Shown: in pieces, positions 50,297-57,150 of the stretch | Layout: every line of letters starts with the position of its first letter | How positions within the stretch are numbered: position 1 is the first letter of the stretch | From: an uncultured Candidatus Binatia bacterium | Lineage (GTDB): Bacteria; Desulfobacterota; Binatia; UBA1149 | DNA length: 57,150 bases | Assembly (NCBI GenBank): GCA_963579235.1 | Contig: CAUZFM010000002.1 | Coordinates: 1-57,150 of the forward strand | Direction of reading: 5' to 3' | Position numbers and translations under genes: made by a program | Notes under the pieces: generated by a model | What the model was told of the DNA's origin: nothing | Databases searched by the model: none | The model's input: the letters and a program-made list of their open reading frames with translations, nothing else

Positions 50297-51478
50297 GTGG
50301 ATCTGCGCTTCAGCCAACAGGATGAAATCTTTCGGCGCGAGGTCGACGACTGGATGGCCGACAACCTCGTGGGCGAGTTTGCCTGCTTGCGCCACCGCGG
50401 CGGCCCCGGCGACGACAGCGCACTGATAGACGAGCGCAAGGCCTGGGAGCAACACCTGGGCAACAACGGCTGGACCTGCGTGGGCTGGCCCACCGAACAC
50501 GGTGGTCGCGGCCTGTCGTTGATGCAGCAGGTTATCTTCCACGAAGAATACGCGCGCGCCGGCGGCCCGGGCAGGCTCGGGCACATGGGCGAAGGCCTGC
50601 TCGGCCCCACCATCATTGCCTTCGGCAGCGAGCAGCAGAAAAAAACCTTCCTGCCCGGCATAGCCGCGGGCAAGGAGTTATGGTGCCAGGGCTACAGCGA
50701 GCCCAACGCCGGCAGCGACCTGGCCAACGTGCAGACCCGTGCCGAACTGGTGGGCGACCAGTGGGTTATCAGTGGCCAGAAAGTCTGGACCTCCTGGGCC
50801 GAGTGGTGCGACTGGGGATTCGTGATCTGTCGCACCGAGGCTGGAAGCCAGCGCCACCACGGATTGTCGTACCTGCTTGTGCCGATGCGACAGGATGGGA
50901 TAGAGATACGCCCCATCGTGCAGATCACGGGCGACGCCGAGTTCAGTGAAGTCTTCTACGACAACGCCCACACCCACCGCGACAACGTGGTCGGCGAGGT
51001 CGGCGAGGGTTGGAAGGTGGCCATGGGAACACTGGCCTTCGAGCGCGGCGCGTCCACGCTGGGACAACAGCAACACTTCGTGCAGGAGCTCGACGCGGTG
51101 ATACGAGCCGCCGAGAAAAACGGCCGCGCCAACGACCCGGTCGTGAGACAGCGCCTGGCCGACGCGTGGATAGGCCTGAGCATCATGCGTTTTAACACCC
51201 TGCGCATGCTGTCCGGCAACGAGAATGGAGAACTCAGCCGCGAAGCGCTGATTTACAAACTCTACTGGGCCACCTGGCACCGCGAGTTGGGCCGACTGGC
51301 CATGGACGTAATGGGCGCCGATGCCGAGCTCACCGGCGAGGACGGCGAACTCACCATGTTGCAGAAGCTGTTCCTGTTTACCCGCTCGGACACTATTTAT
51401 GCTGGTACCAACCAGGTACAGCGCAACATAATCGCCGAGCGCGCGCTGGGCCTGCCACGCGAAGCGCGCCCCGAATGA
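50297..51478 (+). CDS. Acyl-CoA dehydrogenase
   Basis: 393 aa, trimmed from ORF 49526..51478 to GTG 50297 (MDLRFSQQDEIFRREVDDWM). Contains GWTCVGWPTEHGG, YSEPNAGSDLANV and GTNQVQRNIIA. Confidence 0.85.
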   Translation: MDLRFSQQDEIFRREVDDWMADNLVGEFACLRHRGGPGDDSALIDERKAWEQHLGNNGWTCVGWPTEHGGRGLSLMQQVIFHEEYARAGGPGRLGHMGEGLLGPTIIAFGSEQQKKTFLPGIAAGKELWCQGYSEPNAGSDLANVQTRAELVGDQWVISGQKVWTSWAEWCDWGFVICRTEAGSQRHHGLSYLLVPMRQDGIEIRPIVQITGDAEFSEVFYDNAHTHRDNVVGEVGEGWKVAMGTLAFERGASTLGQQQHFVQELDAVIRAAEKNGRANDPVVRQRLADAWIGLSIMRFNTLRMLSGNENGELSREALIYKLYWATWHRELGRLAMDVMGADAELTGEDGELTMLQKLFLFTRSDTIYAGTNQVQRNIIAERALGLPREARPE

Positions 51479-51523
51479 TCGGCAGGAGCCGAAGCAACAC
51501 GCCCACGAGGACCCGAAAGCAAC

Positions 51524-52306
51524 ATGAGTAAAAACGTACCCGACTATCCCGCAGCCCACGACCTGCTGGCCGGCAAGACCGTGCTGGTGACGGCCGCCGC
51601 CGGCACCGGCCTCGGCTTTGCCGCCGCCCGCCGTGCCGCCGAAGAAGGCGCAACCGTTATGGTGAGTGACCTCCACGAGCGTCGCCTGGCCGAAGCCGTC
51701 GACAAGCTCGAGGAGTTAAGCGGCCGCCGTCCCGCCTCGGTGCTTTGCAACGTCACCGTACAGGAAGAAGTGGACGGCATGATCGCCGCCGCGGTGAGCG
51801 AGATGGGTCACGTCGACGTGCTCATCAACAACGCCGGGCTGGGACTCACGGCCGACGTGGTCGACACCAGCGACGAACAGTGGCACAGGGTGCTCGACAT
51901 AACGCTCACGGGCACCTTCCGCGTAACGCGGGCCGTGCTGCCGCACATGTACTCGCGCAAGACCGGCGCCATCGTCAACAACACCTCGGTCATCGCCTGG
52001 CGCGCGCAGGCCGGGCAGGCAGCCTACGCCGCGGCCAAGGCCGGCGTGGGCGCGCTCACCCGTTGCACCGCGCTCGAGGCCGCTCCGCACGGCGTGCGCA
52101 TCAACGCGGTGTCGCCGAGCCTGGCCATGCACCCTTTCCTGAGCAAGGTAATGCCGCAGGAAACGCTCGACGAGCTGGTAGATCTCGAGGCCTTCAAGCG
52201 TAGCGCCGAGACCTGGGAAGTGGCCAACGTGATGATGTTTCTCGCCAGCGACTACGCCTCGTACATGACGGGCGAGGTCGTGCCGGTGAGCAGCCAGCGC
52301 CCCTGA
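51524..52306 (+). CDS. SDR family oxidoreductase
   Basis: 260 aa with TAAAGTGLG, NNAG and YAAAKAG. Confidence 0.85.
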   Translation: MSKNVPDYPAAHDLLAGKTVLVTAAAGTGLGFAAARRAAEEGATVMVSDLHERRLAEAVDKLEELSGRRPASVLCNVTVQEEVDGMIAAAVSEMGHVDVLINNAGLGLTADVVDTSDEQWHRVLDITLTGTFRVTRAVLPHMYSRKTGAIVNNTSVIAWRAQAGQAAYAAAKAGVGALTRCTALEAAPHGVRINAVSPSLAMHPFLSKVMPQETLDELVDLEAFKRSAETWEVANVMMFLASDYASYMTGEVVPVSSQRP

Positions 52307-52330
52307 AAGGGCAGTCAGCCCGGTAACGAG

Positions 52331-52795
52331 TCAGCCGGCGGGATAGAAGCGGCTTATGGTGTCAGCCACGCAGGCCGGCTTGTCGCTGCCCTCGATCTCT
52401 ATGGTCACGCGTATGGTGGCCTGCACGGCACCGTCACGAGTCTCGTCTGCCTTGACCAGTTCACCACCGGCGCGCACGCGCGAGCCTACCTTGACCGGTG
52501 CAAGGAACCTGACCTTGTCGGTTCCGCAGTTCACGCCCATGGCGACATTATTAACCGTGATGACCTGCGGCAGCATCATACTGATGAGCGACAGGGTGAG
52601 GTAGCCGTGCGCGATGGGCGCGCCGAAGGGGCCGTCCTTGGCGCGCTCGGGGTCGACGTGAATCCACTGGTGATCGCCGGTGGCGTCGGCAAAAGTATTG
52701 ACCCGCTCCTGGGTGATCTCTACCCAGTCGCTGAAGCCCAGCTCCTGTCCTACCGCCGCCTGCAGATCCCCGGTGTTGTCGAATACTGTAGCCAT
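52331..52795 (-). CDS. MaoC family dehydratase (hot-dog fold)
   Basis: 154 aa, trimmed to ATG 52795 (MATVFDNTGDL). Contains FADATGDHQWIHVDPERA and GAPIAHGYL. Confidence 0.8.
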   Translation of the reverse strand: MATVFDNTGDLQAAVGQELGFSDWVEITQERVNTFADATGDHQWIHVDPERAKDGPFGAPIAHGYLTLSLISMMLPQVITVNNVAMGVNCGTDKVRFLAPVKVGSRVRAGGELVKADETRDGAVQATIRVTIEIEGSDKPACVADTISRFYPAG

Positions 52796-52906
52796 CTGCT
52801 GTCCCCTCCGTTCAGCTGCCCCGGTGCCCGTGACCGCACCAGCCTGCAGAGCAAACACGAAGGCCCCGGCTGGCGCAACAACGGCGCCGCCCCTATCATC
52901 GCCGTC

Positions 52907-54394
52907 GTGACCAGAGGGGGAACAGCCAGGGGCCTGCTTGCCGACTGCGGCCTCGACCCGGCCCGCGTGCCGTTGTGCGCCGGCGACCTTGGCCCCGCGC
53001 AGCATCCGGCCCTGGCCTGGGCCCGGTCGGGGGCCATGCAACTCACCGGCCGCGCCGAGGGCGCGCCGCAGTTAGCGCCAGGCCCGCTGGCGCTGTGTGC
53101 CGACGGCGCCGCTGCTGCCCTGCGCGCGCTCGCACCCGGCTGCCTCGACGAACTAAACGGCGCTGCTTTACTGGGCGAGCGCGCGGCCTGCGCACAACTG
53201 TCGCGCAGAGGCCCGCTATCGGCCGGGGGCTCCTGCCGACTGTTGCCCTGCAGTGACGGCTGGCTGGCCGTCAACCTGGCGCGCAGCGACGACCTCGCAG
53301 CTCTCGCCGCCTGGCTCCAACTCGAAACGGCCCCGCCCAGCTCGACCGCAAGCGCGTGGCCGCTGCTCGAACACGAGCTGGATCACAGGTCTTGTGGCCC
53401 GCTGCTCGAGCGCGCCGAGCTCCTGGGCCTGCCGGTTTCCCGGGTGACGCGCCCGGCGGCCATCGCACCCCCTTGGATACGCTTTGCCCAGGGCATAACC
53501 ACTCTCAACGGGGCGACTCTCAACGGGGCGACTCTCAACGGGGCGACTCTCGACCGACTGGCGCTTGACCGGCTAACGCTTGCCGCCAACCCTCCGCTGG
53601 TCGTTGACCTTTCGTCGTTGTGGGCGGGCCCCTTGTGCGCGCAACTGCTGGCCGATTGCGGCGCACGCGTAATCAAGGTGGAGAGCGTGCGCCGGCCCGA
53701 CGGCGCACGCCAGGGCCCGCCGCGTTTTTACGACCTGCTCAACCACGGCAAGCAAAGCGTCGCGTTGGATTTTGCCGACGATGGCGACCTCGCCTTGTTG
53801 CGTTCCTTGCTCGAAGTAGCCGACGTGGTCGTCGAAAACTCGCGACCGCGGGCCCTCGAGCAGCTAGGGATCTCGGCCGGCGAGTTGTTGCTGCGCAGAC
53901 CGGGCCTGCTGTGGATCGCTATCACCGGCCACGGACGCGAGAGCGGACGCGTGGCCTTCGGCGACGACGCCGGGGCCGCCGCCGGTCTGTGCCCCTGGGT
54001 GGACGGCGATCACCCGGCCAAAAACGACGACGGCGAGCAACAACAGCCCCTGTTCTGCGGCGACGCAGTGGCCGACCCCCTTGCGGGCCTGCACGCGGCG
54101 GTGGCCACAGTGGCCCTGCGACGCGCGGGCCGCGGTGGGCTCGTAGACCTCTCGCTGGCCTCGGTGGCCGCGCACTGCGTTGGCGCCACGGCCAACGCTG
54201 CCGACTGTTGCGCAGATATAGAGGTCAGCCGCTGCGCCGATGGCTGGCAGGTCGTGGTTGACGACCAACGAGCCCTGGTGGCGCCAGCGCAAGCGCGAAG
54301 CAACGGGCGACGGGCGGCCACCCTGGGCCACGACACCCCGGCGGTCAGGGCCTGGCTTGCGAACAGCGGGGCCACTGAAAGCACTTGCTCGTAG
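52907..54394 (+). CDS. Family III CoA-transferase (CaiB/BaiF-like) with an N-terminal extension of about 200 aa joined through a tandem-repeat linker
   Basis: The core is PLVVDLSSLWAGPLCAQLLADCGARVIKVE...NHGKQSVALDF...ADVVVENSRP...GDDAGAAAG...DPLAGLHAA. The start is uncertain: GTG 52907 or ATG 53036. Confidence 0.7.
   Translation: MTRGGTARGLLADCGLDPARVPLCAGDLGPAQHPALAWARSGAMQLTGRAEGAPQLAPGPLALCADGAAAALRALAPGCLDELNGAALLGERAACAQLSRRGPLSAGGSCRLLPCSDGWLAVNLARSDDLAALAAWLQLETAPPSSTASAWPLLEHELDHRSCGPLLERAELLGLPVSRVTRPAAIAPPWIRFAQGITTLNGATLNGATLNGATLDRLALDRLTLAANPPLVVDLSSLWAGPLCAQLLADCGARVIKVESVRRPDGARQGPPRFYDLLNHGKQSVALDFADDGDLALLRSLLEVADVVVENSRPRALEQLGISAGELLLRRPGLLWIAITGHGRESGRVAFGDDAGAAAGLCPWVDGDHPAKNDDGEQQQPLFCGDAVADPLAGLHAAVATVALRRAGRGGLVDLSLASVAAHCVGATANAADCCADIEVSRCADGWQVVVDDQRALVAPAQARSNGRRAATLGHDTPAVRAWLANSGATESTCS
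53501..53580 (+). repeat. 15-bp in-frame tandem repeat (3 exact units of actctcaacggggcg, then 2 degenerate units) encoding TLNGA x3 and LDRLx x2
   Basis: Exact units at 53501, 53516 and 53531. The degenerate continuation runs to about 53580. Confidence 0.85.
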
Positions 54395-55794
54395 TCAACG
54401 CCGAAATAGACGGCCACAGCGGCCTTGACCTCCGCTGCGGCGACGGATTACTGGTGGAAGTGGGCCGCCGCCTGCAGGCCAACGGCGAGGAGCTCGTGGT
54501 CGACGCGCACGGCGGCGCTGTCATTGCCGGCCTGCACGACCATCACCTGCACCTGCTCGCGCTGGCCGCCGCACGAAACTCGGTGGCCTGCGGACCAGGC
54601 GACACGCCCGATGCCGAGTGCATGCGGCGGGCGCTTGCGGCCGCCCCTGTTACCCGCGACGCGCAAGGCTGGATACGCGCGGTCGGTTACCACGAAGCCG
54701 TGGCGGGCCAGCTCACCCGCGAGTTGCTCGACGGCATGATGGCCGACCGGCCCCTGCGCGTGCAGCACCGCAGCGGCGCCGCTTGGGTGTTCAACTCGAC
54801 GGCCTGCCGGATGCTCAAACTCGACACTGCCGACCACGTTGGCGTTGAGCGCGACAGCAAGGGCCACGCCACCGGACGACTGTTTCGCGGTGACCAGTGG
54901 TTGCGCGAGCAGCTTGGTGCGGGTTCCGCTCCCGACCTCTCGCAGGTGGGCGCAGAGCTTGCCTCCGTGGGAGTCACCGGGGTGACAGACGCCACCCCTT
55001 CTAACGGAGCCGACGAGGCCGCTTTGTTCGGTCGCGCGCTGGCCGACGGCAGCCTGCCGCTACGACTCACCTTGATGGGAGGCTTTGAGCTCGGCGAGCA
55101 TGGGTCGATGGTGGATGGCATAGAGACCGGCGCGGTAAAACTCGTGCTCGACGAGCGCGCGCTGCCCGCTATCGACGAGCTGGCAGCCGACATGAGCCGC
55201 GCCCACGACTCGGACCGTGCCGTTGCCGTACACTGCGTGACCCGCGTGGAATTGTTCCTGGCGCTCGCGGCTTTCGAACAGGCAGGCGCCGTGGCAGGCG
55301 ATCGGCTCGAACACGCCTCGGTCTGCCCCGACGAAGCGGTGCAACTGGCGCGCGGACTCGGCCTTGCGGTGGTCACCCAGCCGGGCTTCGTGCGTAGCCG
55401 CGGCGACGCCTACCTGCGCGAGGTCGAACGCAGCGACCATCCCCTGCTCTACCGCTGCCGCGCCTTCGTGGATGGCGGCGTTACGCTGGGTGCGGGCACC
55501 GACGCGCCCTTCGGCGACGCCGATCCCTGGCTGGCCATGCAAGCGGCGGTCGACAGGCAGACGGCCGGAGGCCGCGGCCTCGGCGTCGACGAGAGCCTTA
55601 CGCCCGAGCAAGCCCTGGCGCTTTTTAGCGGAAGACCACAGAACCCGGGTGGGCCGCCGCGACGACTGGCGCCCGGAGAACCGGCTGACCTCGTCGTGCT
55701 CGACCGCCAGTGGCCGCGAGCCCGCGACGAGCTGTCGAGTTCGATGGTGCGCACTACCGTTACCGGCGGCCGCGTCAGCTTCGCGCGGAATTGA
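54385..55794 (+). CDS. Amidohydrolase family metal-dependent hydrolase (Amidohydro_3-like)
   Basis: 469 aa from a TTG start overlapping the previous stop. Metal motif is GLHDHHLHLL. The C-terminal pattern is GAGTDAPFG. Confidence 0.75.
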   Translation: MLVVNAEIDGHSGLDLRCGDGLLVEVGRRLQANGEELVVDAHGGAVIAGLHDHHLHLLALAAARNSVACGPGDTPDAECMRRALAAAPVTRDAQGWIRAVGYHEAVAGQLTRELLDGMMADRPLRVQHRSGAAWVFNSTACRMLKLDTADHVGVERDSKGHATGRLFRGDQWLREQLGAGSAPDLSQVGAELASVGVTGVTDATPSNGADEAALFGRALADGSLPLRLTLMGGFELGEHGSMVDGIETGAVKLVLDERALPAIDELAADMSRAHDSDRAVAVHCVTRVELFLALAAFEQAGAVAGDRLEHASVCPDEAVQLARGLGLAVVTQPGFVRSRGDAYLREVERSDHPLLYRCRAFVDGGVTLGAGTDAPFGDADPWLAMQAAVDRQTAGGRGLGVDESLTPEQALALFSGRPQNPGGPPRRLAPGEPADLVVLDRQWPRARDELSSSMVRTTVTGGRVSFARN

Positions 55795-55812
55795 TCATCC
55801 AGGCGGGAGCGA

Positions 55813-56238
55813 TCACCCAGGCGGGCCGGCAAAGGTGGCTATCATGCGGTCGAACTCCCAGAAGGCCCGCAGGCATTGCAGCTTGCCATCGTCGTTGACG
55901 CGGTAGACGAACACGCCTTCGCACAGTGCCGTGCTGCCGTCGGGCTGGGTGGTGTGAATGCGGCCGATGTTGGCGACCTCGTTGCCACAGGAAAACGAAT
56001 CGACCAGTTCAAATTGTATGCCGGTGGTAGCTATGGTCGCGTCCCAGAACGCACCGATGCCCTCGGGCCCGTGGTGCCCCTTGCCCTCGGGGTCGAGGGG
56101 CGAAACACCGACCGGGTCTTCGATCCAACCGTCGTCTGCAAACAAGGCAATCCACTGCTCGCGCGCGCCCTCGGGTTTTTCCTGCACGAGTTTCATAGAG
56201 CGTTGCGACGCCGCGCGCGCCGGGTGTTCTTCTGCCAT
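55813..56238 (-). CDS. SnoaL/NTF2-like (ketosteroid-isomerase-like) protein
   Basis: Trimmed to ATG 56238 (MAEEHPARAA), which is preceded by GGAGGA at 7 nt. The pattern WIALFADDGWIEDPVG...GIGAFWD...CEGVFVYRVNDDGKLQCLRAFWE is typical of the NTF2-like fold. Confidence 0.7.
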   Translation of the reverse strand: MAEEHPARAASQRSMKLVQEKPEGAREQWIALFADDGWIEDPVGVSPLDPEGKGHHGPEGIGAFWDATIATTGIQFELVDSFSCGNEVANIGRIHTTQPDGSTALCEGVFVYRVNDDGKLQCLRAFWEFDRMIATFAGPPG

Positions 56239-56273
56239 CTGCGTGTCCTCCATTGTTGTTACCTTTTGTTGCA

Positions 56274-57149
56274 CTACGCCGCCGGGCCAGCCTCTACCAT
56301 GTCGCCCAGGATGTCGGCCACGCGATCAACGTCGTCGGGGTCGGTGGTACTGGGCACCAGCAACACTTCGTCGGTACCCAGGTCTTCCATGCGCCGCACG
56401 GCGTCGCGTAGCTTGTCGGCCGAGTCGATCAACACCATGGGCACGATGGCGTCCACCATTTCAGGGCCCATGAAGGCCAGGTAGCGACGCAACACCTCGT
56501 CGAGCTGGTCGCGGGCGCCCGGCCCCAGCGCGTACCAGAAGGACGTGACCAGGCGTGGCGCGCTGTCGCGACCGGCGGCCTTCCAGGCCTCGCGCGCAGT
56601 GTTCCAGGCAAGGCCTGTTTCATCGCTCGAAGGGCCGAAACTGAAACCCGATATGCCATCGGCCCACGCGGCAGCGCGTTCGATCGAGCGCGGATCGATG
56701 GCGCCCACGAGCACCGGAGGTCCGCCTTCCTGCACGCAGCGCGGTTCCAACGGCCGCAGCGCTTCGACGGTCGGCTCGCCGCGCCAGGCCGCGCGCATGG
56801 TGGCCACCTGCTCCTGCATGCGACGCAGGCGCCGCCGATCGTAGGGACGGCCGAACGCGCGGTAATCCTCTTCGCGACCACCCACGCCCACGCCCAGTAC
56901 CACGCGACCTTCTGACAACATGTCGAGCGTGGCTACCTGCTTGGCCACGTGCAACTCGGCGTGCATGGGTAACACTACCACCGAGGTCTGCAGGGCCACC
57001 CGTTCCGTGACCGCAGCCGCGGCGGTGAGCGCGATCATGATCTCCGGGTTGGGAAAAAATATGCGCTCGCCGGCGGCCACGCTGCTGAACGGCCCGGCGT
57101 CAATGCGGCGGGCCCAGTCGAGCAAGCGGTCGCGGTCGAGGCCCGGCAC
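56274..57149 (-). CDS. Luciferase-like (LLM class) flavin/F420-dependent oxidoreductase, N-terminus beyond the right edge
   Basis: Contains ATLDMLSEGRVVLGVGVGGREEDY and PPVLVGAIDPRSIERAAAWADG. The frame is open to the window end. Confidence 0.75.
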   Translation of the reverse strand: MPGLDRDRLLDWARRIDAGPFSSVAAGERIFFPNPEIMIALTAAAAVTERVALQTSVVVLPMHAELHVAKQVATLDMLSEGRVVLGVGVGGREEDYRAFGRPYDRRRLRRMQEQVATMRAAWRGEPTVEALRPLEPRCVQEGGPPVLVGAIDPRSIERAAAWADGISGFSFGPSSDETGLAWNTAREAWKAAGRDSAPRLVTSFWYALGPGARDQLDEVLRRYLAFMGPEMVDAIVPMVLIDSADKLRDAVRRMEDLGTDEVLLVPSTTDPDDVDRVADILGDMVEAGPAA

Positions 57150-57150
57150 C

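Noticed and set aside
55796-55830. Direct repeat CCAGGCGGG x2 between the amidohydrolase and SnoaL genes
   Set aside because: It is only 9 bp, GC-rich, and partly inside the SnoaL coding end. This is consistent with chance in this composition.

Overview
High-GC (about mid-60s % by eye) bacterial chromosomal segment, densely coding, with about 43 CDS. I found no rRNA, tRNA, CRISPR array, transposase or integrase. All calls come from reading the translations and DNA by eye; no searches were run. The host looks like a diderm that uses RpoN, given lnt, a sigma54 enhancer-binding protein and a consensus -24/-12 promoter. The backbone is a large acyl-CoA catabolic supercluster: 3 acyl-CoA dehydrogenases, 2 crotonases, 3 MaoC hot-dog proteins, 3 thiolase-fold proteins, 2 DUF35 modules, 2 acyl-CoA ligases, a family III CoA-transferase, 2 SDRs, 4 luciferase-like (LLM) oxidoreductases, a SnoaL-like protein, a desaturase, and malyl-CoA lyase with a SucC-like ligase. 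It includes an operon whose domain set matches the mycobacterial igr/ChsE-ChsH-Ltp2 steroid side-chain cleavage module. Three accessory blocks, visibly lower in GC for the first two, interrupt this backbone. (i) 7.8-21.5 kb holds a double-cyclase STAND ATPase, a 1943-aa secreted multidomain protein behind a perfect sigma54 promoter, a small membrane ORF with an in-frame TGA, lnt, and a GAF-domain sigma54 activator. (ii) 28.0-32.9 kb holds a translationally coupled multicopper oxidase plus SCO1/SenC-cytochrome c pair, preceded by two decayed tandem copies of the SCO-cyt c 3' end, each with a G8/C7 hairpin. (iii) 42.2-49.3 kb holds a GT-C, a GT2 and two membrane-anchored alkaline-phosphatase-superfamily enzymes. 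The best candidate for an undescribed system is the cyclase-STAND / GAF-EBP / sigma54-promoter / giant surface protein circuit. Second-tier leads are the MCO-SCO amplification scar, a conserved 40-nt leader motif shared by two catabolic genes, and a structured leader with a TetR/KstR-type palindrome in front of the igr-like operon.
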